The notes beneath the pieces are model-generated. The model saw nothing but the letters and a program-made list of their open reading frames with translations. It did no database searches and had not been told where the DNA came from. From assembly GCA_051294375.1 (NCBI GenBank), contig CM119265.1, positions 19,209,642-19,273,641 on the forward strand: a stretch of 64,000 nucleotides of DNA. Reading direction: 5' to 3'. Shown in pieces: positions 41,101 through 56,139 of the stretch (the first letter of the stretch is position 1; each line of letters opens with the position of its first letter). Source of the stretch: Paraspadella gotoi (taxonomy: Eukaryota; Animalia; Chaetognatha). A program made the position numbers and the translations under genes.

Positions 41101-41937
41101 TTTCTTTTCCTCGATTAAATGCGGAAAATTTTTTTTTCTTTATCCTATTTCGGTTTTCCGTCTCCCGTCGCTTCGAACCCTCCACCCTTTTCTGTCTTTC
41201 TTCCGTCTCGCTCCTCTTCCTCTCTTCCTTCGCTCTCGCTGTGCGCACAGAGACGGCGAGACAAATTGGGACTAAAATCGATTTCCCCGGAATCGGAAGA
41301 GGAAAAAAGAGGCGGCCACGGTTCGAGGGACAGGCGGTTCCGGAAGTCGGGCGAACGGGCGGAGTGAGGCGGAGAGTAGGGGATTCGCCGGTGCAACTTG
41401 GCAGAAACCTGCCCGGAAGACGGCTTTGGGACGTGAAACATCTCGTTGGCGAAAGTCTGGCGAAAAGAGATATTAAATAGTAATCTCTTACAGTTAACTA
41501 TACAGAAGCATGTTATAGAGTGAGAGCGAGTGTAATGGATTTAGACAAGTTCTTGGAAAAAAATCTCGTTGATTGCATCAAAAAATTTAAAAACCTTGAT
41601 CAAAAGAGATAAGGTATAAGGATTTAATACAAGTAGAAAAGTACAAAAGAAACTCAATAGGAAAAAATAACGGAATAAGACAATAACGTACATCTGGAAC
41701 CTCCTAATATAATAGTAAGACGGAGCGCACAAAAAAAACCAGCGTTCATCCGATTTGCCGGCGATCAATGAAATTCTGCGACGCGCAGAACGAATTTAGC
41801 AAGTTCGTTGTCTTCTTTTTTTTCCTGACGCACAAAGTCTTGATTCGCAGCAATTTTTTTTATATTCTAAAAGCAAGAATCGATGACTGATCGATGTTTA
41901 AAGTGGCCGAGGAAGGAGTTATGGCTTCTTTGACATT
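38189..41937. repeat. Inverted repeat with arms at about 38189-39410 (clean, gapped) and 40628-41937 (noisy) and a 1.2-kb spacer
   Basis: tgtcaaagcaagccataacc pairs with gttatggcttctttgaca. ttaaggccagggatcactcaacctaaaat pairs with attttaggttgagtgcatccctggccttaa. The peptide NEIFFQELV maps to both arms. Confidence 0.9.
39450..40653. mobile_element. Candidate non-autonomous DNA transposon (Kolobok-like termini, TTAA target site)
   Basis: Left end TTAA|GGGTCCGGGATCAC (39446-39463). Right end GTGCATCCCTGGCC|TTAA (40640-40657), whose clean version reads TTAA|GGCCAGGGATCAC at 39382-39398. The interior is AT-rich, non-coding and free of microsatellites. Confidence 0.5.
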
Positions 41938-42087
41938 ACTCTTCTCTCTCTCTCTGCCTCGTCTCTCTCTCTCTCTCTCTGCTCTGCTTCTGCTCTCCTC
42001 TCTCCTTTCTCTCTCTCTCTCTCTGCCTCAGCTCTCTCTCTCTCTCTGCTTTCTCGTGCTGTCCTTCTCACGTTCCCTTCTATCTCT

Positions 42088-42495
42088 CGTTCAAGTAAAA
42101 ATTGTGCTCCAAATCTTTTTTTTTGTGTGCGAATGGATCGGCGTGTTTTTTTTTATCTGAGCTAGAATCAGATTATTTCCCTTTCTTTGATCCATTATTT
42201 TTTGCGTGTGTTTTTCGCACTTTGGTTTCATACGCATTTTCTCTGCATCTCTGTCTCCTCGTCTCTCTCTGCTCCTCTCTCTCTGCTGCATCTCGCTCTC
42301 TCTCCTCTCTCTCTCTCTCTGGCTCTGGCTCTCTCTCTCGTCTCTCCGCCTTCGCCCCCACGTCACACTCTCGACCTCGCTCGCCAGAGCGTGCATGGAA
42401 ATTCGTTTCTTTTGTCTTTGAATTGAAAAGAATATTGCTCAATTTATATTATTATCTTATTTCTTACATAAACGAAGACTATTAATGTCTTTTAT
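42088..42495. repeat. Noisy copies of 22590-22930 (about 42088-42205 direct to 22827-22925; about 42370-42495 inverted to 22590-22715)
   Basis: agattatttcc(c)ttctttgatccat is shared directly. atggaaattcgtttcttttgtctttg is the near reverse complement of caaagacaaaaagaaacgaaattccat. Confidence 0.75.
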
Positions 42496-42830
42496 TCATC
42501 TCGTCTCCGTNNNNNNNNNNNNNNNNNNNNNNNNNAAAAAAAAAGTTTTTCTTTTTCTTATCTTTTCCTATTTTTCCTTTTTCCTTTCATCGGAGTTTTT
42601 TTTCTCGCGATCCTTCGCCGCCTTTTGTTTTTTTCTCTGCCGGCGACTTCGTTAGGGGCGACTTTTCAGATCCTCCGATATCCNNNNNNNNNNNNNNNNN
42701 NNNNNNNNNNNNNNNNNNNNNNNNNNNNNNNNNNNNNNNNNNNNNNNNNNNNNNNNNNNNNNNNNNNNNNNNNNNNNNNNNNNNNNNNNNNNNNNNNNNN
42801 NNNNNNNNNNNNNNNNNNNNNNNNNNNNNN

Positions 42831-42869
<39 letters not shown>

Positions 42870-43619
42870 CCCATATTGGAAAAAATGGTCACCGCGGAAT
42901 CAAGAATCAGAGGAAGGAAATCAAGGGTGGTCGCTGAAATCGTATTGGGCGCCGACTCCGCTTGGTGGCGCAAGTGTGGGTGGATTTTGTGTTTGGGTTT
43001 TGGTGTTGAGTGATCGCTAGAGGCCAGTGAAATGAATTCCTTATGTCATAAACTTTTGGACAGTCAATGTACGTAAGAGTTAAAAAATAAACAACGAGTT
43101 GATTTTGATTTTCTGAATTTACTTTTCTCAATGACTCATTTAAAAAATGACTGTTTTAAAAAGTAGATATGAATCTTTGTGGAAAGGTAAAAAAACAGTC
43201 ATAAACGAAAAAAAAAATGAAGAATTGTAAATTTTAGTTGTCCGGAATATCTCCACCATTAAGACATGACTTGAAAAATCATTGTGATATTCTTAAAACT
43301 GGAAAACGGCTTTCAGCATCTTTCTCCTTTCGCGATCCCTATTTCACCTTTCCTTTTTTTTTAACGACGCGAAAAACCACGAGAGAAACTTTTTCCTCCG
43401 CCGTCCAAACGCCGTCCCTTCTTTCCTTCCTTTTTTTCCTCCCTTTTTTCTTCTCTCCTTCCCTTTTTTCCTTTTTTTTTTCCACCTCAGCTCCGGCCGA
43501 TTTTCCCGTCCGAGTTTTCCACGGCCGCGCTTCCGGAATCTCGTCCGGCGCGTCCGGCGCGGAAGCTCGCCGCCGGCCCATCGCCGCCTCGACGCCTGTT
43601 CAGCGGAGAGGCCGGCCCG

Positions 43620-43678
43620 CCAATCGCCTAAGCCGGCCGGTTATAAAAAAGTCGAGGCCTACCCTGGAATCTTCAGTC
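43620..43678 (+). promoter_or_regulatory. Putative Pol II core promoter: CCAAT (43620), TATAAAAA (43642) and Inr-like TCAGT (43673), downstream of a GC/CpG-rich island (about 43485-43640)
   Basis: Motifs are in canonical order, with 33 bp from the TATA box to the Inr adenine. No transcript evidence. Confidence 0.4.
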
Positions 43679-46594
43679 GGTTTTTCTCTCATTGCATTTA
43701 TTCGCCTTAACAAGGATTTACTAATTGTTGTTGTTGTTGTGGTTGTTGTGGTTGTTGTTGTTGTTGTTGTTGTTGCTGAGACCACTAAAACCCGGATTTT
43801 TTTGGTTAAACGGAAGACGCAAATTCGGATTTGAGTACTTTACATATAACACGTACATAAACAGTTTCTTGCAAATCTAGTTATGTAGATATTTTGCAAT
43901 ATTACATGAAATTAATGAAAATGGTAATTAATAAATAAAAAAAAAAGCAGTCAAAAAGATGAGAATAATAATTCCATTCTGTATCATTTTTCTTCTCCAT
44001 TCCTAAAGCATAATTTATGCTCTGGTCTCGAAAAAAGGAAAGATCGAGATGGAGTCGTTCCGCGGGTGAGTTAAAACCTTCGCGCCTGAGGATTCGACAT
44101 CATCGAATAACTCACTCTTTCGACCTTTGATCGCCGAGTCACGGAGAGTGGGGAGGTGAGGCCGGGTGAGGCCGGGTGAGGCCAGGTGGCTCACGGGGAT
44201 TTAAAGGATTATCTCTCAAACCCCGAATCGATATTAAAGGCTTAATTTATATGGAAAAAATGTTCACTTATATTATCTTAGAATCGGGTTGGGCCAGGGA
44301 CCGAGGAGAGCCCCGTGGAAGACGACGATTATATAGACGACTGTGAAAAGCACGGGAACGATGGTCGATGGAAAAGACAGAAAGACAAAGTTTGAATAAA
44401 ATTAATTAAATAAATGAAAAAAACAAGAATTGACGTTAGTGATTACACATTGTAGGCAAAATTAAGATTACGACGATGACGACGACGAACGCATTTTAAA
44501 ACCTTTCCCATTAAATCCATTTCCCATTAAAACTTTCCCATTAAATCTCGAGGGGATCGAATCAAAATCCAAAATTCAACGAGGATTCCCCACTTAACCC
44601 GAATGTCAAAAATTCCAGATAAAAAATAAAGTGAATTCCTTCTCTTCCTCTTCCTCCTCCTATGCTGAACTAGTAAGACGAGATCAAAACGAGATACTAT
44701 ATTTGGTCCTCCAGTCGGACTATCGAAGAATATTAATTTAAAAAAATATTAATTTACGTACGTTTAAAAGTCAAACCGTTTTAACCATTTCACCTTATCG
44801 GAAAATCACAATTTGCTGAAACTAAATGTTGAGAAATTGAAAAAATTCCTTAATGCCTAATTTATATAAAAGAGAAATAAAATAAATAAGTATGAAGTTC
44901 AAATGCAAATATTAATTTGTTTTCCGAATCGATAAAAATAGTTTTATCAACACTGAGCGAGATTTTTTTTAATTCCACTTGAATTTTTTTTTCCATTATT
45001 AAACGTTTTTTATCTGTGAAAGGAGAGGGTGAATTATTGACGGGTCGTTTTCAAGTGGACTGTGAAAAGGTTTATTAAAAAAAACATAACTGCGTCTTTC
45101 TAATTCTTAAGTTCAATTGAAACATTATTCACAGAAACAGCCGTTCGATATAGTATTACGTAAGAAAAGGAAAATTTAATGTTACAAGGGAATTTCTTTC
45201 CCCTTCAGCTTAATTCAGACCCCAAATAATTTATCTCTCATTTTACACTGCACAACCCCGATACTATCCATTGTACCAAACCTATCTTTCAGAAAATGGA
45301 ATAGCGCTGACGTCTTTTGTTTGTTTCCAGACGATTTCCTCGACGGACGTCAGAGGCGCAGGGTCTCGTTTTCCGCCTTTACTTTTGTCTTGGTCATCGT
45401 CGTTGTCGGTTTACGCTGAATTTGGTTTATGGCAATGAAGTCCAATTTTGGTGACTCTTGTATTTTTTTTTACACCTTTCTCTTAAGTTTTTTTTTTAGT
45501 ATTGAAAGTAAAGGCGGAAGCGGGATGCTACATTTTACGATAAATTAAAAAAAGTACATATTATTATACTAAATTAGCGTAACACTAAATATTTTTATCG
45601 GTCAATTAGGTTCTAATTACTTTACCCAGTAATTATTCCTCCTAAAGCCCGACGAGTGCTAACCATAATGGCGTCTTGAAACGACCCCAACGATCTCCTC
45701 TTTTTCCGTTTCGTTTCCTTACAACGGATTGTCGTTGTTGTCAGCGTAACCAATGGTCGCCTTCTCCCGTCGTTATGCTGCAACTCGAGGCGATTAATTA
45801 AGTTCGGACCTCGACCTTCTTTATTAGACCCGAAAAAGCGCGACAACAGATATCAGAACTGCTAAAGAACTCACGGATTAATACTAATATGGGCATTTGT
45901 TAAGGTAAGGAAAATAGATAAAGATATTCACAATGCCCATAGGCTATTTTTCGGCATACTTTCCTAATAAGTTACTCGAGCGATATACAATGTCTCGAGT
46001 CCAAATGTTCCCCCGCGTCGACTTGAACAAAAAAGATCTTTCCTTGTCTCTCGGGTCCCCGCATTTTTAAATCCCTCTCTTTCGCTCAACGATCTGTGTT
46101 ACACTTTCCCCATCAAATTTTATCTTTCGCCAACTTCGATCTTTCGCTCCATTTCTCCCTAATTTTCTCTGGAATCACCGAAACGTCTTCCTTCGACCCG
46201 AGCGCTCCGCCGCCCCAACCCGACTCGACCTCGACTTAAAACATGCCTCAATACTCAATAGCACCATATCTTGGCTTATGTTTATGTTATACCTTCGCGC
46301 CATTTATACTATATCCCCAATATCGCCGTCGCTTCTCTCCTCTCTCTCTTCCTCTCCCCGTCTCTCGTCATCTCTATATTCCCATCCATCCTTCCGCTCT
46401 CTCATACGACAACATAATCATGGTTTCTATGACAACGCAAGTCTATCTTTAGATTTCGTCAGGGACAAACGTCGAGCCTCGAAAAAATATTTATTCCTTA
46501 TTCTATTTTATTTTATTAAATATATGTAAATATACTTATACACTACGATTTCGTGACAAGATTCTTGGTTTTTTATTTCGAAAAACTGGAAGAC

Positions 46595-46848
46595 TTAAAG
46601 ATAACAAAACAAGAACGGTAATTTCAATGTGTTGCGCCGCAGTAAATTTATTTTCATATGTATTTCCTTTTGCTCACATTCCGTCTTTTATTTCTTATAG
46701 TTTTAGGAATTCCCGAAGGCGGTACTTGCAGTCTCTTAGATTTGAGCAACCAACTATAGGCAAATTATATCCTTAATGTAAGTGGGTCAGAACGACAAAC
46801 CGACCGACAGACCGACCAAAAAGTGAGTACTCACGGCGCAACTAAAAA
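46595..46848 (-). mobile_element. DINE-1/HINE (Helentron-associated)-like non-autonomous element, copy 1
   Basis: The - strand begins TTTTTAGTTGCG...ACTCACTT followed by a (GGTC/TGTC)n tetranucleotide tract. It is homologous over about 250 bp to 47992-48465. Confidence 0.55.
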
Positions 46849-46982
46849 TTCCACTATGGGTTCCGGAGTAGTATTGCGGAATTCAGCACGATGTATCAGC
46901 ATAACTCATGGCATAATATTACATCGTAATTAGATAACGAAAGACATTGAAACAGTACAGAGAGAAAGAGAGAAACAAAGAG

Positions 46983-47084
<102 letters not shown>

Positions 47085-47698
47085 TTGAAATTATTTATAA
47101 ACCAACAAACAAAATAAACAACAACAACAACAACGCCTCCGATGGATTGCCAATCAAAAAAGGCGACAGGATTCGGGCGTCGAAATAAATTTCCATAAAG
47201 TGATTGCGTCGTCGACTGATTTAGACGCGAAGATGACGACGAAAGGTGTTGACGGAAGAAGGCGTGGCCGGTGGCGACGGCGAGGGAGTGACCCCTCACG
47301 CCTCTACCTCCGCCCCGTAAACGAAAGAGGACGGGATAAAGTTGATGGGTCATAAAAATAAATAAACGGCGCTAATGTCCAATCAGTATGCCTGTCGAAA
47401 TTATGCGGGTGGCTATTTTTGGTTGAAGTTGGGTCGAGTCGGTCTCACTTCAGTTGTTTTCTTTCGCATTTTGGGACGAAAGAAAGAGAAAGATTCGGAT
47501 GCGAAGAAATTGTTGAATGTAGACGCAGTGAGGCAGGCGTTATGTTTGTTTGTAGGAGAATAGGGTGAGTTGCAATTTACTCACTCGTCACTAGTATTTC
47601 CAAGTAAATTTTTACTTAAAGAAAATTCGCTTGAAGGTAAAAGCAAGGAAATGATGGGGAAACATAGAATAGAATATTAAAAATAAATAATGATCTTA

Positions 47699-47802
<104 letters not shown>

Positions 47803-47991
47803 TAATATTAATAAATTTCAAAAGCGGGATAAAGTAAATATATGCATGAAGGTTATTTTACTTCGCGCCGCTTATTTTACTCAAAGACCACGAGGATCAT
47901 TTCCTTTCTTTTCATTCTTCCTTCATTCTCATTTTCAGGCGACGATCCTCGGCATAAAAAACGCGTGAAAATCTTAAACTCAGTTAAAGGG

Positions 47992-48200
47992 TTTTTATTT
48001 GCGCGGAGCAACTCTATAACTCACTTCACGGTCGGTCTGTTGGTATGTCGGTCGGTATGTCTGTCCGTCGGTCTATCCTACTTTCATTAAAAATGCATAT
48101 AATTCGCCTATAGATGGTTGCTCATTTGTTAAGATAGGAAAAAACCTCAAATCAAAGGGACTGCTAGCGTCACCTTCAGGAATTCCTAACTAACTAACTT

Positions 48201-48298
<98 letters not shown>

Positions 48299-48465
48299 AG
48301 ACGAAATTTCGATGCAGTGCATGTCATAAATAAAGGGGCTAAGAAAGTTTTTTAGTCATGACATGTCATGTAATATCATATAATGTGTTCAAAGGGAAAT
48401 ACACGTGAAAATAAAGTCATTGCGTCGCAACATATTGGTATCACCGTTCTTGTTTCTTTATCTTA
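47992..48465 (+). mobile_element. DINE-1/HINE-like element, copy 2, with an internal (TAAC)n expansion at about 48187-48295
   Basis: TTTTTATTTGCGCGGAGCAACTCTATAACTCACTT followed by a GGTC/TGTC tract. Blocks shared with the reverse complement of 46595-46848 include gcctatag..ggttgctca, ccttc.ggaattcctaa, ggaaataca..tgaaaataaa and accgttcttgttt. Confidence 0.6.
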
Positions 48466-50156
48466 TAACTTTGCTCAAAACTTGGATTAATGGCTGTTCA
48501 TTTGTCTAATGGCTCCTTAAAATCCTGAAATGGTTTCGCGACTTTTTTTTCGTCGTCGTCGTCGTCGTCGCTTTTTCTGCTATCATCTTAATTTTTTTTT
48601 TTTTTCGTCGGAATCGGCGACGGCGTCCTTGTTGTCTTTTTCTTTCCCTTCCATCCGCCGTTGATGTCGTCATTGTCATTGTTATTTGTCATATTTCCGG
48701 TCCGTTATATGTTTTTATGTTTGACAAGCAATCATTGTAGCGTCCTTCGTAATCAAACTCGTCGTTCTTCCGCTAACGAAAACGTCAATGCGGTGTGCGC
48801 TCTCGTGCGTCTGGTCGGCTGCTTCCTCGAGTTTCGCGGTCGTCTTCGCGTCGTCGTCCGTCAACTTCTCGCCCTGGGGTCCGGACGGCCATTACATAGC
48901 GCACGCCGCCAGCCTTCTGGTTCCCGAAAAAGGATAATGATAGAAGATGATGCAAATGCAAGAAAGATGAGAGAAAGAATAACGCGGGAGAGAATACGGA
49001 GGAAGAGAAGAGAGGGAGAGGAGAGAAGAAGAGCGAGAGCTCAGGAGACGACGCACGAAGCAGATCCCGACTAGATCGGAGAGACAGACAGAAGGGAGAG
49101 AGGAGAGAGAGGGAGAGTGAAGCGAGGTGGAGATGAAAAAAGCAAAGTCGCGATTGGTGTGTTTTTTTCGTTTTTTCGTTGATTAAAAGTCGAGAGATCT
49201 TAGAGTTGAAAGCCCGCGACAGACACCGATAGATAAATGGATACAATATACGCATAAGAACAAGCAATATACAACTCTCATAGGCACTTAAACAGACAAC
49301 AACAAAAAAAGAGAGAGGCGCGCGAGTAAAAAAACAATAACAGGTGCTACAGACTCTAAAAGGAGTAAAAGTAGAAAAGCAAAAACACCTTCAACCAGAT
49401 TAAACTTGTTGTCTCTTCAGAAAATCTTTCAAAAAAAACAACACTTACCCACCATTCGACCTTAACCCCTCTATCTATCCCTCATCGACCCGACCCTCCG
49501 CGTCCCTACGCGAGAACGTGACTGACGCCGCCGGACTGTCCGAGCGCCTCCTTCCGCCCAACAGAGGCGAGGGTGCTGGGCGGATTTCGGCGCCCGAAAG
49601 TCGCCGACCTGGCCTCGTGGCGCCAACGTAGCGACCGCGGTCCACCAACGCCGAGCCGGTAATTACAGTTATGGTTTAAAAGACGAAAGGGCGCACTGAT
49701 AAAACCTCGAGGCAAGCCCGTAAAAAAAAAACGCCGGTGGCGTCCGCTCAGCCGTCTCGGGGCTCCCGCGCGCCGGTGGGTAGCCATCAATGCGCGACCC
49801 ACTTCGCCCATTCTGGCGGTGTGGGTGCGGTCGCCTCGCCCGCTGCCGCTGCCGGCGCCGCCGCGGGGCCGTAGCACAAGGCGGATCGATTCGGCGTGAG
49901 TGACGACACGAGGACGAACGGGAGTGAGGAGAGGCTTGGGCGCACGAATGGCGCGCGTGTTGACAAAGCGCGGAGTCGGCGTGCTGTCGAAAATCATGCG
50001 GCGCAAAAAACGCCGTTCGAGTTATTAACAGAGGAAAAAACATCCATCTTCTTCTACAGAAGAGAAACGGAGGAGGAGATAAAGCCGAATTTGTTCCCAG
50101 ACTTTTCTAGGCGGCTGAGCTCTCCTCTCTCTCCGCTCTCTCTCTCTCTCCTCCTC

Positions 50157-50189
<33 letters not shown>

Positions 50190-50990
50190 TCTCTCTCTTT
50201 CTCTTCTTACCCTTGAATAATCTCCACTCCTAATCGTATAAAAAAATTGTATTTATTCCACGCCGAAATTCGCAACGCCGATAATTGCAGTGTCGATCCT
50301 TTTGTCGATCACTAACTTTATTTCTCGTCCATTAGACGGAAGCCAGAGACCCCGGTCTCCCCTCAAAAACCTTCGAAACACCGTGGACATTCTCTCACTC
50401 TGCACCCAGCTCTTTCTCCCTCATCTCAACCACATCATCCAAATCCCCCCAACCCTTTATAACTTTGCGATTCCGACTCCACCCACCGAAGATGGTCATC
50501 AATTGGTTTTCTTTGAAGTCGCTGGCCGCGGCGGCGGCGGCGGCGGCGGCGGCGGCGTCGATTTGGCGAGGCCGTGGCTAAGATTTCTGATGGCATGAAT
50601 TCTGCTGCAACAGCGTTTGGGTAATTACGGTTGCAACACTGGTTGAAGAGGATTTATGGGGGGGGGGGTCATGACCAAGCTGGACCCCTCAATGTGCAAG
50701 TATAAAACAAAGAAACTTCATTTTTAAAACAGAAGTGAAGCCAGTCACTTGTCGATGAGGTCGCAAGTAACAATATCATAAAAAAAATATTGTTTGAACG
50801 ATCGATCATGATTCAGACAAACGACGAATTCTTTGTGACAAAGCTAATTTCTTCGTTGACCCCGACTCGCATCTCGCCCCCCCTCTCTCCCTACCAATCT
50901 AACCCCTTAGTTCCTTCTTTGATTGGTTCCATTTCTTCGCAGAATCGACGGAGATTCGAAGATAAAGTGAGTTTCGCCGACATTAACTCA

Positions 50991-51035
50991 CCCTCGAACC
51001 CTCGAACCCTCGAACCCTCGAACCCTCGAACCCTC
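50991..51035 (+). repeat. (CCCTCGAA)5 minisatellite
   Basis: Directly visible 8-bp tandem unit. Confidence 0.9.
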
Positions 51036-52766
51036 CCCTCACCAGCGATATTATTCTTTGCTTCGCGGTTCGAGTTGGCAAGTTCACCGCAAGGGTAAGT
51101 CCGGTCAGAACTTACTTTAATGAGGAAAACTAGTTCCGCAATAACTTAAAACCTAAGATTGTAAAAACTAAATCATAACAAAACAAACAAAACAAAGAAA
51201 CGACGGCGAATGAGAGTCACGACCTTCGACGCGGCGTCGGCCGTAAACACGTACAACGAGAAATATGAGTCGTAATAATTCAATTCTTTTTTTTTTCGCT
51301 TTNNNNNNNNNNNNNNNNNNNNNNNNNNNNNNNNNNNNNNNNNNNNNNNNNNNNNNNNNNNNNNNNNNNNNNNNNNNNNNNNNNNNNNNNNNNNNNNNNN
51401 NNNNNNNNNNNNNNNNNNNNNNNNNNNNNNNNNNNNNNNNNNNNNNNNNNNNNNNNNNNNNNNNNNNNNNNNNNNNNNNNNNNNNNNNNNNNNNNNNNNN
51501 NNNNNNNNNNNNNNNNNNNNNNNNNNNNNNNNNNNNNNNNNNNNNNNNNNNNNNNNNNNNNNNNNNNNNNNNNNNNNNNNNNNNNNNNNNNNNNNNNNNN
51601 NNNNNNNNNNNNNNNNNNNNNNNNNNNNNNNNNNNNNNNNNNNNNNNNNNNNNNNNNNNNNNNNNNNNNNNNNNNNNNNNNNNNNNNNNNNNNNNNNNNN
51701 NNNNNNNNNNNNNNNNNNNNNNNNNNNNNNNNNNNNNNNNNNNNNNNNNNNNNNNNNNNNNNNNNNNNNNNNNNNNNNNNNNNNNNNNNNNNNNNNNNNN
51801 NNNNNNNNNNNNNNNNNNNNNNNNNNNNNNNNNNNNNNNNNNNNNNNNNNNNNNNNNNNNNNNNNNNNNNNNNNNNNNNNNNNNNNNNNNNNNNNNNNNN
51901 NNNNNNNNNNNNNNNNNNNNNNNNNNNNNNNNNNNNNNNNNNNNNNNNNNNNNNNNNNNNNNNNNNNNNNNNNNNNNNNNNNNNNNNNNNNNNNNNNNNN
52001 NNNNNNNNNNNNNNNNNNNNNNNNNNNNNNNNNNNNNNNNNNNNNNNNNNNNNNNNNNNNNNNNNNNNNNNNNNNNNNNNNNNNNNNNNNNNNNNNNNNN
52101 NNNNNNNNNNNNNNNNNNNNNNNNNNNNNNNNNNNNNNNNNNNNNNNNNNNNNNNNNNNNNNNNNNNNNNNNNNNNNNNNNNNNNNNNNNNNNNNNNNNN
52201 NNNNNNNNNNNNNNNNNNNNNNNNNNNNNNNNTTTTTGTCGTTGTTGTTGTAATTCTTTTTACTCGTGAGATTCGATGATCGGGTCAAATCGCGTCGTTG
52301 TTTTGTCGTCGTCGTCGTCGTCGTCTTCGTCGTCGTCGCACTCACGTGGAGGTCAACGAGGGTCGGATATTCTCGCACAAAAAAAACTCATCCCCGATTC
52401 AGAAGATCTCGAGAAGCGGATGGAAGCTGGTTGGAAGCGGAGATTTTCTTTCCGCTGCAGCATAGAAGCGCTTCGTCGCAGCGAAACCGCTGCTCGAGTC
52501 TTAATCACTCATCTTCTCCGTTGCGAATATGAGGCTAACTATTTGGAGACATTATGTCATAAGAGACGTCATATGAGACGAATTAGGTGAGAATTAGTTT
52601 AAAACTTAGTACATTACATAGTACGTATTAAATAAATTGATGGAAGAAAAAGTTTTATGAATCAATACTTTCAAAGATTCACAACTTTTTTTTTGGTTGC
52701 ATTGGTGGTGCCAGGGACAATAAATACCATAATTTCTCTCAGGTACGTAAATATTCGAGTATCAAC

Positions 52767-54582
<1,816 letters not shown>

Positions 54583-55083
54583 NNNNNNNNNNNNNNNNNN
54601 NNNNNNNAAAAAAAAAAAAAAGAAGAATTAGTATGCAAATTTCCGCCGACGATTTAAACACCCAGACGATCTTTCTTTCTCTTCTTTCCTTTTTTTTCAT
54701 TCTTTCTTTATTTTATCGCTCGTCTTCTTTTCTTTTCGCTCAGATTTTTTGCCAAAGACAAAATGGAGAAGCGACGGCTTTCGATGATCTAAGAAAAAAG
54801 GAAGGACGGATTTGGATCGGGCCCTTCATCGCTCTTTCTCTCTCTCTCTTTCTCTCTCTCTTTTTCACTCTTTCTCTCTGAACTCTTGTGCATAAGTATT
54901 TCCTTCAATAATTATCATTCTGATTAATGGATGACGCTGATAAGGAAGAATTACAGTGATAACAGACAATGACTATTACCACGAAGATTATGAGTTACGA
55001 CGCTGACGAAATCGAGGACCGAGACGTCATAACAATAACGACTTCAACGTTGACGAACCAGACAACGACGACAACAACGAGAG

Positions 55084-55133
<50 letters not shown>

Positions 55134-56139
55134 ATGACGGACGATTATTCCTTTCATTAATCGCTCCTTCGTCGCAGAAGCAACGCAGATTTTCGAAGAT
55201 GGCGCCATCGTGACGAAGAAGGTATAGGGGAAGGGAAAAGGGAAGAAGATGAAGAGGAGGGGAAAGAGAAAGTTAAATATGTAAAGTTATAAAAGATTTA
55301 AAAATGAATAAAGTTTAAAACGGGAAAGTTTTAACTCGGTATTCTAAGATCGCCCGCTTTTCGTTTCTTAATCATTAAACTGAATTTCAACCCTAATATT
55401 TAACAGAACACATAGTCTAATCCCTAATCCTATTGTCTAACCCAAATCGATAACCTAATCGGTAATCCCTAATGCATTCCTTTTAAAATTAATCCCAATG
55501 CTATAATCTCTGAGTCTAACCTTATCTTTAAAACTAAAAACCAATTTAATTCCGAATTCAATGCGAAATGGAGCGTTTTCGGAAAATTTGGCCAAATAAT
55601 AAATTTTGATTCCATTACAGGAAAATCGACGAAATTCATTCGCAAGAGCATACGTTTGCTAAAAGTCAAGTCAAAAAATGAAAATTATGGAGAAAAAAGA
55701 TAGTGGAAGGGTTTATCACTTTATCAGTTTATGAAAAGACGTTGAAGACTTGAGAGATGAAAGAGTAAGGATCGAAATGACAGGTGGCGAAAGCGGACAT
55801 GCGAGCGAGCGGAGACGGGGGGTATAGAGTTACAGGCGAAAGAGGAGATAAAAGGGGAAAGGAAAGAAAATGGGGGAAAGCAGGTGAGAAAGAAAAATGG
55901 GATATCGTAATCATTAAATGGGTAGAAGCTAATAAGTGACAATAAGTGACTTAGAATAAGTCCCTTTATGTGGCTTCTTTAATTGAAGCAGAAGTAACTT
56001 TTCGCTCCTTTCTTCATTTCGGTAAGAAAATAATAAAATATCTAAATAAGGATGTAAAAAGTATTAGGTGATTAAAAGTTAGATCCGTATGTAGGTTCGT
56101 CAGAAATTTCATCTCATCAGAGACACAGAAACTGGAATC

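Noticed and set aside
43238-43834. 198-aa ORF with a poly-Val segment
   Set aside because: It is built from a pyrimidine tract, a GC island and a (GTT)n microsatellite, starts at a non-ATG codon and has no recognisable domain.
48187-48295. (TAAC)n as a telomeric repeat
   Set aside because: It is a tetranucleotide lying inside a dispersed element, not TTAGG or TTAGGG, and it is not terminal.
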